This document shows positions 62,689-64,000 of a stretch of 64,000 nt of DNA, piece after piece. A program made the translations under genes and the position numbers. Positions within the stretch are counted from its first letter, which is position 1; each line of letters begins with the position of its first letter. The stretch is from Okamejei kenojei (taxonomy: Eukaryota), in assembly GCA_035221665.1 (NCBI GenBank), contig JAVHYY010000154.1, positions 434,001-498,000 on the forward strand. Reading direction: 5' to 3'. The notes under the pieces are model-generated. The model ran no database searches and had not been told where the DNA came from. It saw only the letters and a list, made by a program, of their open reading frames with translations.

Positions 62689-63586
62689 AAATCTACTTCA
62701 TGGATAATGAAGTCGATTTTCAAAGGCTACAGAGAAATTTGGGCCGTTTGGGAAAAGTGGGCTGAAAGATGGCAGATGGAGTTTAATGCTGTTAAGTGTG
62801 AAGTGCTACATCTTGGCAGGACAAATCAAAATAGGACGTACATGGTAAATGGTAGGGAATTGAGGAATGCTGTGGAACAGAGGGATCTAGGAATAACTGT
62901 GCATAGTTCCCTGAAGGTGGAATCGCATGTAGATAGGGTGGTAAAGAAAGCCTTTCGTGTGCTGGCCTTTATAAATCAGAGCATTGAATATAGGAGTAGG
63001 GAAGTAATGTTAAAATTGTACAAGGCATTGGTAAGACCAATTCTGGAGTACGGTGTACAATTTTGGTCGCCTAGTTATAGGAAGGATGTCAACAAAATAG
63101 AGAGTACAGAGAGATTTACTAGAATGTTGCCAGGGTTCCAGCAACTATGTTACAGAGAAAGGTTGAACAAGTTAGTCTTTATTCTTTGGAGAGCGCAGAA
63201 GTTAAGGGGGGACTTGATTGAGGTCTTAAATGATGAAAGGGATAGACAGAGTTAACGTGGATACGTTTTTCCCATTGAGGGTAGGGAAGATTCAAACAAG
63301 AGGGCATGATATGAGAATTAAGGGACAGAAGTTTCGGGGTAACGTGAGGGGGAACTTCTTTACTCAGAGGGTGGTGGCCGTGTGGAATGAGCTTCCAGCA
63401 GAAGTGGTGGAGGCAGGATCGATGTTAACATTTAAGAGTAAAGTGGATAGGTATATGGACGTGAAGGGAATGGTCTGAGTGCAGGTGGATGGGACTAGGG
63501 GAAAACAAATGGTCGGCACGGACTGGAAGGGTCAGAGAGGGCCTGTCTCCGTGCTGTAATTGTTATATGGTTATATAGTTATATAG
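62689..63586 (+). mobile_element. Young CR1 3' portion
   Basis: Near-identical to the reverse complement of 2601-3500; (ttatatrg)n tail; possible TSD ttaga at 62684-62688 and 63587-63591. Confidence 0.9.
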
Positions 63587-63723
63587 TTAGACAGGTACAT
63601 GGATAGGAGGCATTTGAAGGGATATGGACCAAATGCAGGCAAGTGGGACTAGACGATAGAGAATAGAGAATGGCTGCAGGAGTGGGCCATTCGACCCTTC
63701 GAGCCAGCACCACGATTCAATGT

Positions 63724-64000
63724 GCACAGGCAGTAATCCTGAAATCGTTACCCTTTTGGTCCTTCTCCTTAACTTTCCCCCCAACTCCCTAAATTCTCCC
63801 TTCAGGACCTCGTCACTTTTTCTGCCTATGTCATTGGTACCTATGTGTACCACAACATCAGGCTCCTCTCCCTCCCTTATCAGAATCTTTTGGACACGTT
63901 CTGACACATGCGAGACCCTGGCACCAGGGAGGCAAACTACCATCCGGGTCTCCCGACAGCGTCCACAGAATCGCCTATCCGACCCCCCAACTATAGAGTC
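63724..64000 (-). mobile_element. CR1 ORF1 (esterase) fragment running off the window
   Basis: Matches 6492-6768 (VVHIGTNDIGRK). Confidence 0.9.

Overview
Eukaryotic, repeat-rich genomic DNA from a cartilaginous fish (inferred from the antigen-receptor content and the CR1/Rex1/V-SINE/Penelope repeat mix; species not determinable here). The window holds three tandem ~20 kb copies of one cassette. On the minus strand each cassette reads: leader exon, IgNAR-like V (22-bp-spacer RSS), a single 15-nt D (12/12 RSS), J (23-RSS, splice donor), a 3.2-3.7 kb intron, then a leaderless TCR-delta-type 'supporting' V with its own 23-RSS. This is the architecture of doubly rearranging NAR-TCR (two-V-domain TCR delta) genes. 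Cassettes 1 and 3 look intact. The supporting V of cassette 2 is frameshifted, in a stretch that looks like low-quality consensus. Each cassette also carries a head-to-head, two-exon GPR139-like class A GPCR on the plus strand, disabled in all three copies. No D-delta, J-delta or C exon is in the window; these are expected to the left. The rest is nested LINE, SINE and LTR debris, some of which helps order the duplications. All calls are from reading the sequence; repeat boundaries are approximate unless a target-site duplication (TSD) is quoted.
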